Below are positions 56,485 through 64,000 of a DNA stretch of 64,000 nucleotides, piece after piece (positions within the stretch are counted from its first letter, which is position 1; every line of letters begins with the position of its first letter). Under the pieces are notes generated by a model. The model ran no database searches, had not been told where the DNA came from, and saw only the letters and a list, made by a program, of their open reading frames with translations. The translations under genes and the position numbers were made by a program. Origin of the DNA: Dehalococcoidia bacterium (GTDB lineage: Bacteria > Chloroflexota > Dehalococcoidia > SHYD01); the NCBI GenBank assembly GCA_965220215.1, contig OZ244809.1, positions 858,580-922,579 on the forward strand. The letters run 5' to 3'.

Positions 56485-57954
56485 ATGCCGTCACTGCTCT
56501 CCCTCATCGTCTTCCTGCCCGCCCTAGGCGCGATCGCGCTGGCGGCAGTGCCCTCCGCGCAACCTAAGCTGGTGAAGCAGGTGGCCGCCGCCATCACCCT
56601 CGCAGACCTGCTCCTTGTCCTCTACCTCTGGATCGGCTTCGATACCTCCAGCACCGCCATCCAGTTCGCCGAGCACGCGCCCTGGGTGCCCGCCCTCAAC
56701 ATCTTCTACTACATTGGCGTGGACGGCCTGAGCTTGCCTATGGTGCTCCTCACGGCGCTCCTGGGCTTCCTCTCTGTCATTATCTCCTGGGGCATAACGC
56801 ACCGGCCAAAGCTCTACTTTGCCCTGCTCCTGCTGTTGCAGACCGGCATCTTAGGCGTCTTCACCTCTCTGGACTTTGTGCTCTTCTTCCTGTTCTGGGA
56901 AGTGGAGCTGCTGCCAATGTATCTTCTCATCTCCATCTGGGGCAGCCCGCCGCCGCTGGGTCGCCGTGAGTACTCGGCGATGAAGTTCCTGGTGTTCACC
57001 ATCTTCGGCTCCGCGGGTATGCTGGCGGGCATGCTGGCCCTCTACGCCAGCACCGGCACCTTCGACCTCATTGAGCTGAGCAGGGTCAGTCTTCAGAACA
57101 CGGTCATCCCTGCCGGCGCCATCTTCTGGCTCATCTTCCTGGCGTTTGCGGTCAAGCTCCCCATATTCCCGGTGCACACCTGGCTGCCAGACGCCCACAC
57201 CGATGCGCCCACCGCGGTCAGCGTGATGCTGGCGGGCGCGCTCCTCAAGATGGGCGGCTACGGCATCCTCCGCATCTGCATCTCCATCTTCCCCAACGAG
57301 GCCTCCATCTTTGCCCCCACCCTGGCGCTATTGGCTGTGGTCAGCGTGCTCTACGGCGCACTCATCACCCTGCGCCAGCGGGACCTTAAACGGTTGATTG
57401 CATATAGCAGCGTGAGCCACATGGGCTACGTGCTCCTGGGCATTAGCGCGCTTGGCGAAGTGGGCATGACGGGAGCGGTGCTCCAGATGTTTACCCACGG
57501 CACCATCACGGGCCTCCTTTTTGCGCTGGTGGGTCTGATTTACGACAAAGCCCACACGCGCCAGATCCCCGATCTCCGAGGTCTTGCCCACCGCATGCCC
57601 TTTGCGGCCACCATATTTGGTATCGCGGCGCTTGCGGCCCTCGGCCTGCCCTCTTTGAGCGGCTTTGTGGCGGAGTTCCTGATCTTTGTGGGCACGTTCC
57701 CCGTCTTTGGGCTCTACACGCTCCTGGGCGTGTTCGGCGTGCTCTTAAGCGCCGGCTACATGCTCTGGACAGCAGAGCGCAGCTTCTTCCAGACCGTCAA
57801 CCCCAGGGTGTCCCAACTGGAGGACGCCACGCTACTGGAACGCGTGCCTCTGGCGGTCCTGGTGGCTACTATCCTGGTGGTTGGTCTCTTCCCCAAGGTG
57901 CTGCTGGATGTGATTAAAGTGGGCATTCTCCCTATCCTGAGCAGGTTCGACTAA
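56485..57954 (+). CDS. nuoM: NADH-quinone oxidoreductase subunit M
   Basis: ND4-like antiporter-type subunit. Confidence 0.85.
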   Translation: MPSLLSLIVFLPALGAIALAAVPSAQPKLVKQVAAAITLADLLLVLYLWIGFDTSSTAIQFAEHAPWVPALNIFYYIGVDGLSLPMVLLTALLGFLSVIISWGITHRPKLYFALLLLLQTGILGVFTSLDFVLFFLFWEVELLPMYLLISIWGSPPPLGRREYSAMKFLVFTIFGSAGMLAGMLALYASTGTFDLIELSRVSLQNTVIPAGAIFWLIFLAFAVKLPIFPVHTWLPDAHTDAPTAVSVMLAGALLKMGGYGILRICISIFPNEASIFAPTLALLAVVSVLYGALITLRQRDLKRLIAYSSVSHMGYVLLGISALGEVGMTGAVLQMFTHGTITGLLFALVGLIYDKAHTRQIPDLRGLAHRMPFAATIFGIAALAALGLPSLSGFVAEFLIFVGTFPVFGLYTLLGVFGVLLSAGYMLWTAERSFFQTVNPRVSQLEDATLLERVPLAVLVATILVVGLFPKVLLDVIKVGILPILSRFD

Positions 57955-57955
57955 C

Positions 57956-59392
57956 ATGGCAGCAAGCCTCGGCCTCATCACCCCCGAGCTGGTCGTCCTC
58001 GCCTTCGCCGTAGCGCTTCTGCTCATTGACCTAGCTTCGCCGCGCAAGGAGCTGCTGGTCTCCTTAGCACTCCTCGGCCTGCTCATCTCAGCCAATCTGA
58101 CGATCACGATGGCCGGCAGCAACCCCGGCGCGGCCTTCGGCGGGATGCTCGTGATAGACGACTTCTCTATCGTGCTGAAAGTGCTGATGCTCTTCAGCAC
58201 CGCCATCGTCGTCCTTGCATCCACCAGCTATGCCCGGCACTTTGAGCGCTTCCAGGGCGAATACTACTCGCTGCTCCTCTTTGCCTGTGCCGGCATGATG
58301 TTCATGGCTTCAGCAGCGGAGTTCATCACGATCTTTCTGTCCCTTGAGCTCACAGGCATCGCGCTAGCCATCCTGGCCGGCATGATGAAGAACCGCACCT
58401 CTAGCGAGGCCGGCATTAAGTATCTCCTGCTGGGCGCGCTGAGTTCAGCGGTCTTGCTCTACGGCATCGTGCTCTTCTTCGGCCTCACGGGCAGCACATA
58501 CCTCACCCAGATCCAGCCCGTGCTGCTCCAGAGCTACCAGGAGAACCATCTACCCATTACTGTAGCCACGGTGCTGCTTATTGCGGGCTTTGGCTTCAAG
58601 CTGGCGACAGTGCCCTTCCAGATGTGGGTCCCGGACGTCTACGAAGGGGCGCCCACGCCCGTGACCGCATTCCTCTCAGTGGCGAGCAAGGCGGCGGGCA
58701 TTGCGGTGATCCTGCGGATCTTCCACACCGCGCTGGGAGACGGCCCCCTGCCCTCGGACTGGACCATCGTCTTTGCCGTGCTCAGCGCGTTATCCATGAC
58801 CATCGGCAACGTGATAGCCATTCAGCAGACCAACATCAAGCGCATGATGGGCTACTCTAGCATCGCCCAGGCGGGCTACCTGCTGGTGGGCATGGCCGTG
58901 CTGCCCACCCTCGGCCCAGGCGGCGTGCTCTTCTTCCTGGTGAGCTACACCGTCACCAACTTGGGCGCATTCCTGGCCATCATCGCCCTCTCAGAGCAAC
59001 TTGGCAGCGATCTCATCGACGACTACGCCGGCGCGTGGCAGCGTGCGCCGTGGCTTGCGTTTGCGCTCGCGTTCTGTCTCCTCTCCCTCACGGGTCTACC
59101 GCCGACCGCAGGCTTCTTCGCCAAGCTATTTATCTTTAACGCGGGCGTCCAGCAAGGGCTGGCGTGGCTCGTGCTGGTTGGTGTTGTGAATACCGCCATC
59201 TCCGCGTACTATTATGTTGGAGTTATCAAGACCATGTTCTTGCGCAGCCCCGCCAGCGAATCTGCGATACGTATACCGGTACCCTTGGGAGTAGCGCTCC
59301 TTATCGCCACGGTGGGCACATTCTTGTTGGGCGTCCTCCCAGGACCCACCTTCTCTATCGCAATGGCGGCAGCCGGCACTCTCGTCCCATAA
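57956..59392 (+). CDS. nuoN: NADH-quinone oxidoreductase subunit N
   Basis: ND2-like antiporter-type subunit. Confidence 0.85.
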   Translation: MAASLGLITPELVVLAFAVALLLIDLASPRKELLVSLALLGLLISANLTITMAGSNPGAAFGGMLVIDDFSIVLKVLMLFSTAIVVLASTSYARHFERFQGEYYSLLLFACAGMMFMASAAEFITIFLSLELTGIALAILAGMMKNRTSSEAGIKYLLLGALSSAVLLYGIVLFFGLTGSTYLTQIQPVLLQSYQENHLPITVATVLLIAGFGFKLATVPFQMWVPDVYEGAPTPVTAFLSVASKAAGIAVILRIFHTALGDGPLPSDWTIVFAVLSALSMTIGNVIAIQQTNIKRMMGYSSIAQAGYLLVGMAVLPTLGPGGVLFFLVSYTVTNLGAFLAIIALSEQLGSDLIDDYAGAWQRAPWLAFALAFCLLSLTGLPPTAGFFAKLFIFNAGVQQGLAWLVLVGVVNTAISAYYYVGVIKTMFLRSPASESAIRIPVPLGVALLIATVGTFLLGVLPGPTFSIAMAAAGTLVP

Positions 59393-59462
59393 CCAGCTTT
59401 TCAGCCACGTTTTCTAGGGTCTGCAGCAACTAAAGCTGCACTAGGGTGGTAGTACCTAAGAG

Positions 59463-59984
59463 ATGAGTTACGTCTTCTGCCTCATACTCAGCCTAATAGC
59501 GGTAGGCGCCCAGTCCCTTTTTGAGCTGCCTCGCCTGCTGCAACCCACGTTTCCGTTGCTCTTTGTATTGGGCTGGGGCCTGGCCTTCGGGCCCGGGCAA
59601 GGTCTGCTGGCCTGCGCGGTGAACGGCCTGTTGATGGACACCGTTAGCGCAGCGCCCCTAGGCAGCCACCTCCTTGCAATGATCACGGCAAGTATGATCA
59701 CCTTCCTAAGCGTCCAGGAGCTAGAACTGCGCCTAACCGAGCGATTCATTCTTATCCCGATTGCGACGCTGGCCTACTATGCCGTGCTCACTGTAGCCAT
59801 TGCCCTCACCGGCTACGCCATTAGCTGGCCTGAAACCGTGGTCTGGCACTGGTTCCCGGGCGTGTTCGCTAACCTTCTATGGGGATTCCCCCTTATCTTG
59901 CTGCTTAACGAGCTGATCTCTCGCGACAGGCGCTTACCTGCTAACATCCTGGGAGCAACCCCTCTACCGGGCGGAAGAGTCTAA
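59463..59984 (+). CDS. mreD: Rod shape-determining protein MreD
   Basis: 173 aa, 5 TM segments, immediately upstream of the PBP2 and RodA genes. Confidence 0.6.
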   Translation: MSYVFCLILSLIAVGAQSLFELPRLLQPTFPLLFVLGWGLAFGPGQGLLACAVNGLLMDTVSAAPLGSHLLAMITASMITFLSVQELELRLTERFILIPIATLAYYAVLTVAIALTGYAISWPETVVWHWFPGVFANLLWGFPLILLLNELISRDRRLPANILGATPLPGGRV

Positions 59985-59987
59985 GGC

Positions 59988-61883
59988 ATGTTCCTCTTTT
60001 TTCGCGAGAAGCGGTGGCGCTCCTCTAAGCGTAAGCCTCCAACAGACGAGCAGACCCTGGTCAAGCATCGGATATGGTTGCTGCAGGCAACAATCGTCCT
60101 GGCCTTCGCCATCCTGGCAGGACAGCTTTGGCGGCTACAGGTAGTGGAGGGTAGCAACTATCGCGAGCAGGCGGACGGCAATCGCGTACGTTTGGGCACC
60201 GTGGACGCCACCCGCGGCATCATCCATGACCGCAATGGGAGGCTCCTTGTCCGCAACGAACCCTCATTCACCGTGGCTGCTGTGCCGGTTGACCTCCCAC
60301 AGAACCAGCAGCCGGAGGTGCTGGACAAACTTAGCAAGCTGCTCAAACTGCCCGTAGGCCAGCTGTATCAGCTTGTGCAGGAACGGCGCGCCAGCGGCCA
60401 CGTTCACACTCCTGTCCCCCTCAAAACTGAGGTGGACCAGGAGACGGCCTTCATGATTGAAGAGCGGCACTGGGAGCTTCCCGGCATTACTGTGCTCTTG
60501 GAAGCGAAACGCGTCTACCTGGACAATAGCTTGATGCCCCACATTCTGGGTTACACCGGCCGTATCTCCGCGGAAGAGTACAACCAGCTGAATGAAGAAG
60601 GCTACACCCTGAACGACCGCCTGGGCAAGATGGGAGTGGAGCTCACGCATGAAGACGAGCTGCGCGGCTCTCGCGGGCGGCACCGAGTAGAAGTAGACGT
60701 GACCGGACGCCAGCGACGGGTGCTCTATGCCGAACCCCCCAGCCCGGGCGGCAACCTTACGCTGACCTTGGATTGGGACCTGCAGCAAGAGATGACCAAG
60801 ATTCTCCAGGAAAGCATGGGCTACTCCAAGTACGCTGCAGCAATTGCAATGGACCCCAAGAACGGCGAGATCCTGGGCATGGTTTCCCTCCCCAGCTTCA
60901 ATCAGAACCTGCTAAGCAGCGGCCAGAATACCGAGGGGATTCAAGCCATTTTGGACAACCCTAACCGGCCTCTCCTCAACTATGCCATCGGCGGCACATT
61001 CCCACCCGGTAGTATCTTTAAGCTCATCACGGGCACCGCCGCCTTGCAAGAAGGAGTGGCAACGCCATCCACCCGCATCACCAGCGTGGGTAGCATCTCC
61101 ATCCCCAACAAGTACGACCCCAGCATCGAATACAACTTCTACGAGTGGATACCCAGCGGCCTCGGGCAGCTCGATTTTTACCGCGCGGTTTCCATGTCCT
61201 CAGACATCTACTTCTATTACCTCGCCGGCGGCTTTGAGGATTTTGAGGGCCTGGGACCGGACCGCCTTGCCTCCTACGCGCGGAGTTATGGGTTAGGCCA
61301 GCAGACACGCATTGACCTGCCCGGCGAAGCAGCCGGGGTGGTTCCCGACCCGGAGTGGAAGGTGGAAACCTTCGATGAGGAGTGGGTCACCGGCGATAGC
61401 TATAACTTCGGCATCGGCCAGGGCTTTGCTCTGGTCACCCCTCTTCACATGGTGCGCGCCGTCTCTGCCCTGGCCAACGGCGGTGAAGTCCTCCGCCCAA
61501 GAGTAGTGCGGGAGGTGCGGGACCGCGATGGCAACCTTATCCGCTCCTACGACAAAGTAGTGGAATCGCGGCTCGACATCACACAACAAAACCTTCAGGT
61601 ATTCCGAGAGGGTATGCGTCAAGGCGTGGAATCCGGCACCGCCACGAACGCTCAAGTCCCCGGTGTTCAAATTGCCGGAAAGACTGGCACCGCGGAGTTC
61701 GGCCAACCGTTGGATGAAGAAGGCCGCCTGCATGAAACCCACGGCTGGTTCATTGGTTATGCGCCCCTTGAGAATCCGCAGATCGCCATTGTCGTGTTCC
61801 ATCAGTTGGGGCAGGGCGCAAAAACGGCTGCACCAGCCGGGGGCAAAATACTGAGCTACTATTTCAGCAGAGCAACCCAATGA
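59988..61883 (+). CDS. mrdA: Penicillin-binding protein 2 (peptidoglycan D,D-transpeptidase)
   Basis: N-terminal anchor, dimerisation domain, and a transpeptidase domain with SxxK/SxN/KTG-type motifs (GKTGTAE). Confidence 0.85.
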   Translation: MFLFFREKRWRSSKRKPPTDEQTLVKHRIWLLQATIVLAFAILAGQLWRLQVVEGSNYREQADGNRVRLGTVDATRGIIHDRNGRLLVRNEPSFTVAAVPVDLPQNQQPEVLDKLSKLLKLPVGQLYQLVQERRASGHVHTPVPLKTEVDQETAFMIEERHWELPGITVLLEAKRVYLDNSLMPHILGYTGRISAEEYNQLNEEGYTLNDRLGKMGVELTHEDELRGSRGRHRVEVDVTGRQRRVLYAEPPSPGGNLTLTLDWDLQQEMTKILQESMGYSKYAAAIAMDPKNGEILGMVSLPSFNQNLLSSGQNTEGIQAILDNPNRPLLNYAIGGTFPPGSIFKLITGTAALQEGVATPSTRITSVGSISIPNKYDPSIEYNFYEWIPSGLGQLDFYRAVSMSSDIYFYYLAGGFEDFEGLGPDRLASYARSYGLGQQTRIDLPGEAAGVVPDPEWKVETFDEEWVTGDSYNFGIGQGFALVTPLHMVRAVSALANGGEVLRPRVVREVRDRDGNLIRSYDKVVESRLDITQQNLQVFREGMRQGVESGTATNAQVPGVQIAGKTGTAEFGQPLDEEGRLHETHGWFIGYAPLENPQIAIVVFHQLGQGAKTAAPAGGKILSYYFSRATQ

Positions 61884-63007
61884 ACCCATCAGCAGCGCTG
61901 CCCCAGGAAAAGGGATTTAGGCTAGACTTTGCCCTCATCATAAGCGCTGTGGGGCTCGTTACGACGGGCGTTTTGTTGCTCTTTAGTGCATCAAGTGTCC
62001 AGGAGCTCAATGGCCCCTTCATAGACTCTCCCCCTGGACACCATGCGTTTCTGGGTCTGATTGGGCTGGTGCTTATGCTGATAATGGCCCGGCTGGACTA
62101 TCGGTTGCTGGGCGCGGTCATCTTGCCCATCTACCTCTTAGTGATACTCCTCCTCGTCGCGGTGCCCTTCATAGGCGAGTCCGTAAATGAAGCACGGCGG
62201 TGGCTCAACCTGGGTCTCTTCCTAATCCAACCCTCAGAGATAGCCAAGCCAATCTTGGCGGTCATGCTCGCTAAGATATTTGCCGACCATCGTACGCAGT
62301 TGTCCAGTATTCGGATTCCCATCTTCTCCGTCCTGCTGGCGGCTCTCCCCGCAACGCTGGTCTTCATACAGCCAGACCTGGGCACTACGGTTATCTTTGG
62401 CGCCATCTGGGCGGGAATTGCCATCATGGCCGGTATCCGAGTGCGCCACCTGGCGCTGATTAGTGTCCTGTTTGCTGTAGCGACGCCCCTCATCGTGCTT
62501 TTTGCAGCCCGCTCTTATATGCGAGACCGGTTACTCCTTTTCCTCAACCCAGAGCTAGATCCCCTGGGTGCCGGGTACAACATCCTGCAATCGGAGATCA
62601 GCGTCGGTTCTGGCGGCCTCTTCGGGAGAGGCCTGTTCAACGGCACGCAGAGCCAGCTCAACTTCCTCCGCATCCAGAAGACCGACTTCATCTTCAGCGT
62701 CTTGGGAGAAGAGCTCGGCTTTATAGGCGCCATCTTCATCCTGGTCTTGTTCGCTATCCTATTGTTCCGTGGGCTGCACATTGCCAGCAATGCGCGAGAC
62801 GATCTGGGACGCAACATCGCCATAGGCATCGTTATGATGTTCCTGTGCCAGATCTTCATTAACATTGGTGTAAATATCCGGCTGCTGCCCGTGACCGGCA
62901 TCCCACTGCCCTTCCTCAGCTACGGCGGCAGCTCACTACTCACCTCATTGATCTCGTTGGGCATTCTGCAGAGCATCTACGTACACCGTAGACAAACTAA
63001 CTGGTGA
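61880..63007 (+). CDS. rodA: SEDS-family peptidoglycan glycosyltransferase RodA
   Basis: FtsW/RodA/SpoVE family. Its start overlaps the mrdA stop. Confidence 0.85.
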   Translation: MNPSAALPQEKGFRLDFALIISAVGLVTTGVLLLFSASSVQELNGPFIDSPPGHHAFLGLIGLVLMLIMARLDYRLLGAVILPIYLLVILLLVAVPFIGESVNEARRWLNLGLFLIQPSEIAKPILAVMLAKIFADHRTQLSSIRIPIFSVLLAALPATLVFIQPDLGTTVIFGAIWAGIAIMAGIRVRHLALISVLFAVATPLIVLFAARSYMRDRLLLFLNPELDPLGAGYNILQSEISVGSGGLFGRGLFNGTQSQLNFLRIQKTDFIFSVLGEELGFIGAIFILVLFAILLFRGLHIASNARDDLGRNIAIGIVMMFLCQIFINIGVNIRLLPVTGIPLPFLSYGGSSLLTSLISLGILQSIYVHRRQTNW

Positions 63008-63010
63008 CGC

Positions 63011-63042
63011 AAAAGCCCCCCGCCAATGGCGGGGGGCTTTTC
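63011..63042. terminator. Bidirectional intrinsic terminator AAAAGCCCCCCGCC-aatg-GCGGGGGGCTTTTC between rodA and the convergent clp gene
   Basis: Perfect 9-10-bp GC stem with flanking A-runs and T-runs. Confidence 0.8.
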
Positions 63043-63078
63043 TAGTCGTTTTTAATCTATGGATTAGGCTCGGTTCCT

Positions 63079-64000
63079 TTACGCAGGGGTTGCCGCAACC
63101 TCCACTGGCTTTAGGACTATCTCCTCTTCTTCCACATCTACCAGAATAGTATCGCCGGCGCTGTACTGTTCTTGCAGAATGGCCTCAGAGAGCTTGTCCT
63201 CCACAGTATCCTGAAGCAGCCGCCGCAGTGGCCTAGCACCAAAGGATTCGTCGTACCCCTTGGTCCCCAGATAATCCTTCGCCGCAAGCGTGACTTCCAG
63301 CTTCATGCCATTCTCTTCAACCTGCTTGGCAACGAAGCCCAGCTCCAGGTCAACGATAGAACGTAGCTGCTCTTTGTTCAGCGCATGGAACACTACCGTA
63401 GCATCAATGCGGTTCAGGAACTCAGGGCGGAATGCCTTTTGCAACTCAGCGGTGACTTTCTCCCGCATCTTGCCATAGACCTCTTCCTGGGTTTTCGCCT
63501 CGTCACGCTGTACCGCAAATCCTAGCGTTGTATCTCGCTTAATGAGCTCTGCGCCCAGGTTGCTGGTCATCATAATGAGCGTGTTCCGGAAGTCTACCTT
63601 ACGCCCTTTGGCATCGGTTAGGTAACCATCCTCAAAGATCTGGAGAAGCATGTTAAAGACCTCAGGATGGGCCTTCTCTACTTCGTCCAAGAGGATAGCG
63701 CAGTAGGACTTGCGCCGCACGGTATCAGTTAGTTGGCCGCCATCGTCGTAACCTATATACCCTGGAGGTGCGCCCACCAGCCGAGCAACGGTGTGCCGTT
63801 CCATGAATTCAGACATATCCAGTTTGATGAGCGCGTCCTCGCTGCCAAACATAAAGTCCGCCAGCGCCTTAGCCAGCAAGCTCTTCCCTACACCTGTGGG
63901 GCCAAGGAACATGAACACGCCAATGGGCCGTTTTGGATCCTTAAGTCCTGCCCGAGCTCGGCGCACTGCCTTCGCAATCGTAGTGATGGCCTCTTGCTGG
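63079..64000 (-). CDS. Clp/Hsp100 AAA+ chaperone (ClpC/ClpB family), C-terminal D2 domain. The gene continues beyond the window end.
   Basis: GPTGVGKSLLAKALA Walker A of D2, sensor/ClpB_D2-small region, and the C-terminal ...VDVEEEEIVLKPVEV. Confidence 0.75.
   Translation of the reverse strand, partial: QQEAITTIAKAVRRARAGLKDPKRPIGVFMFLGPTGVGKSLLAKALADFMFGSEDALIKLDMSEFMERHTVARLVGAPPGYIGYDDGGQLTDTVRRKSYCAILLDEVEKAHPEVFNMLLQIFEDGYLTDAKGRKVDFRNTLIMMTSNLGAELIKRDTTLGFAVQRDEAKTQEEVYGKMREKVTAELQKAFRPEFLNRIDATVVFHALNKEQLRSIVDLELGFVAKQVEENGMKLEVTLAAKDYLGTKGYDESFGARPLRRLLQDTVEDKLSEAILQEQYSAGDTILVDVEEEEIVLKPVEVAATPA

Noticed and set aside
59392-59462. Hairpin TGCAGC-aactaaa-GCTGCA followed by CTAGGGTGG between nuoN and mreD, as a possible extra copy of the dispersed repeat
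   Set aside because: Only the short CTAGGGTGG tail matches. The hairpin core differs, so it is more likely a weak nuo operon terminator or coincidental.
1-64000. tRNA, rRNA, transposase, integrase or prophage signatures
   Set aside because: No GTTCGAATCC-type T-arm or clover-leaf candidates were seen in intergenic regions. No ORF has integrase or transposase motifs (DDE, tyrosine recombinase R..H..Y). The window appears to be core chromosome with small repeat-mediated rearrangements only.

Overview
This is a high-GC (~65%) bacterial chromosomal window that looks Chloroflexi-like. The evidence is a Chlor_Arch_YYY/DUF2298 giant membrane protein, an archaeal-type PEP carboxylase, an 11-subunit nuoABCDHIJKLMN cluster, and a YitJ-type homocysteine-methyltransferase/MTHFR fusion. 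It is almost entirely coding, on both strands, and gene ends often overlap (ATGA/GTGA).

Gene content from start to end:
- Bases 1 to 3438: the yvcK 3' end, secG, an orphan family-5 ABC substrate-binding protein, and a DUF62 SAM hydroxide adenosyltransferase.
- Bases 3440 to 20862: a large surface-glycan/EPS locus. It has GT2, a membrane-anchored GH5, six GT4, one GT9, a UDP-xylose synthase, two Wzy/O-antigen-ligase-like proteins, a UPF0104 flippase-like protein and a SAM methyltransferase. rsmG and a Pro/Thr-linker Gmad2 lipoprotein sit inside it.
- Bases 20862 to 22331: a small accessory-like island with a 115-aa hypothetical, a structured hairpin-repeat element, an XRE regulator and an AT-rich promoter.
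- Bases 22332 to 25537: dppBC-like permeases, a decayed about 0.5 kb tandem duplication of a convergent gene-end junction, and a DM13 repeat protein.
- Bases 25668 to 34704: one-carbon and pantothenate genes (yitJ-like, folD, sfsA, nth-like, panD, panB), then archaeal-type ppcA translationally coupled to a 96-aa ORF and a DUF1015 protein.
- Bases 34723 to 48164: a 1498-aa YYY/GT-C membrane protein, ftsH, a 910-aa polytopic membrane protein, dcd, lspA, rluD, a degenerate vapBC remnant and gltX.
- Bases 48207 to the end: dgkA, nuoABCD-HIJK-(DUF2007-like small ORF)-LMN, mreD-mrdA-rodA and a partial clpC/clpB-like gene.

No rRNA, tRNA, CRISPR array, transposase or integrase was seen.

The best candidates for something new are:
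- The ppcA-small ORF-DUF1015-YYY membrane module together with the second giant membrane protein flanking ftsH.
- The mosaic xylose-related glycan locus.
- A dispersed hairpin-repeat family.
- A decaying vapBC toxin-antitoxin locus.
- An extra small ORF inserted in the nuo operon.

All functional calls are motif-level readings of the translated ORFs, with no database searches run.
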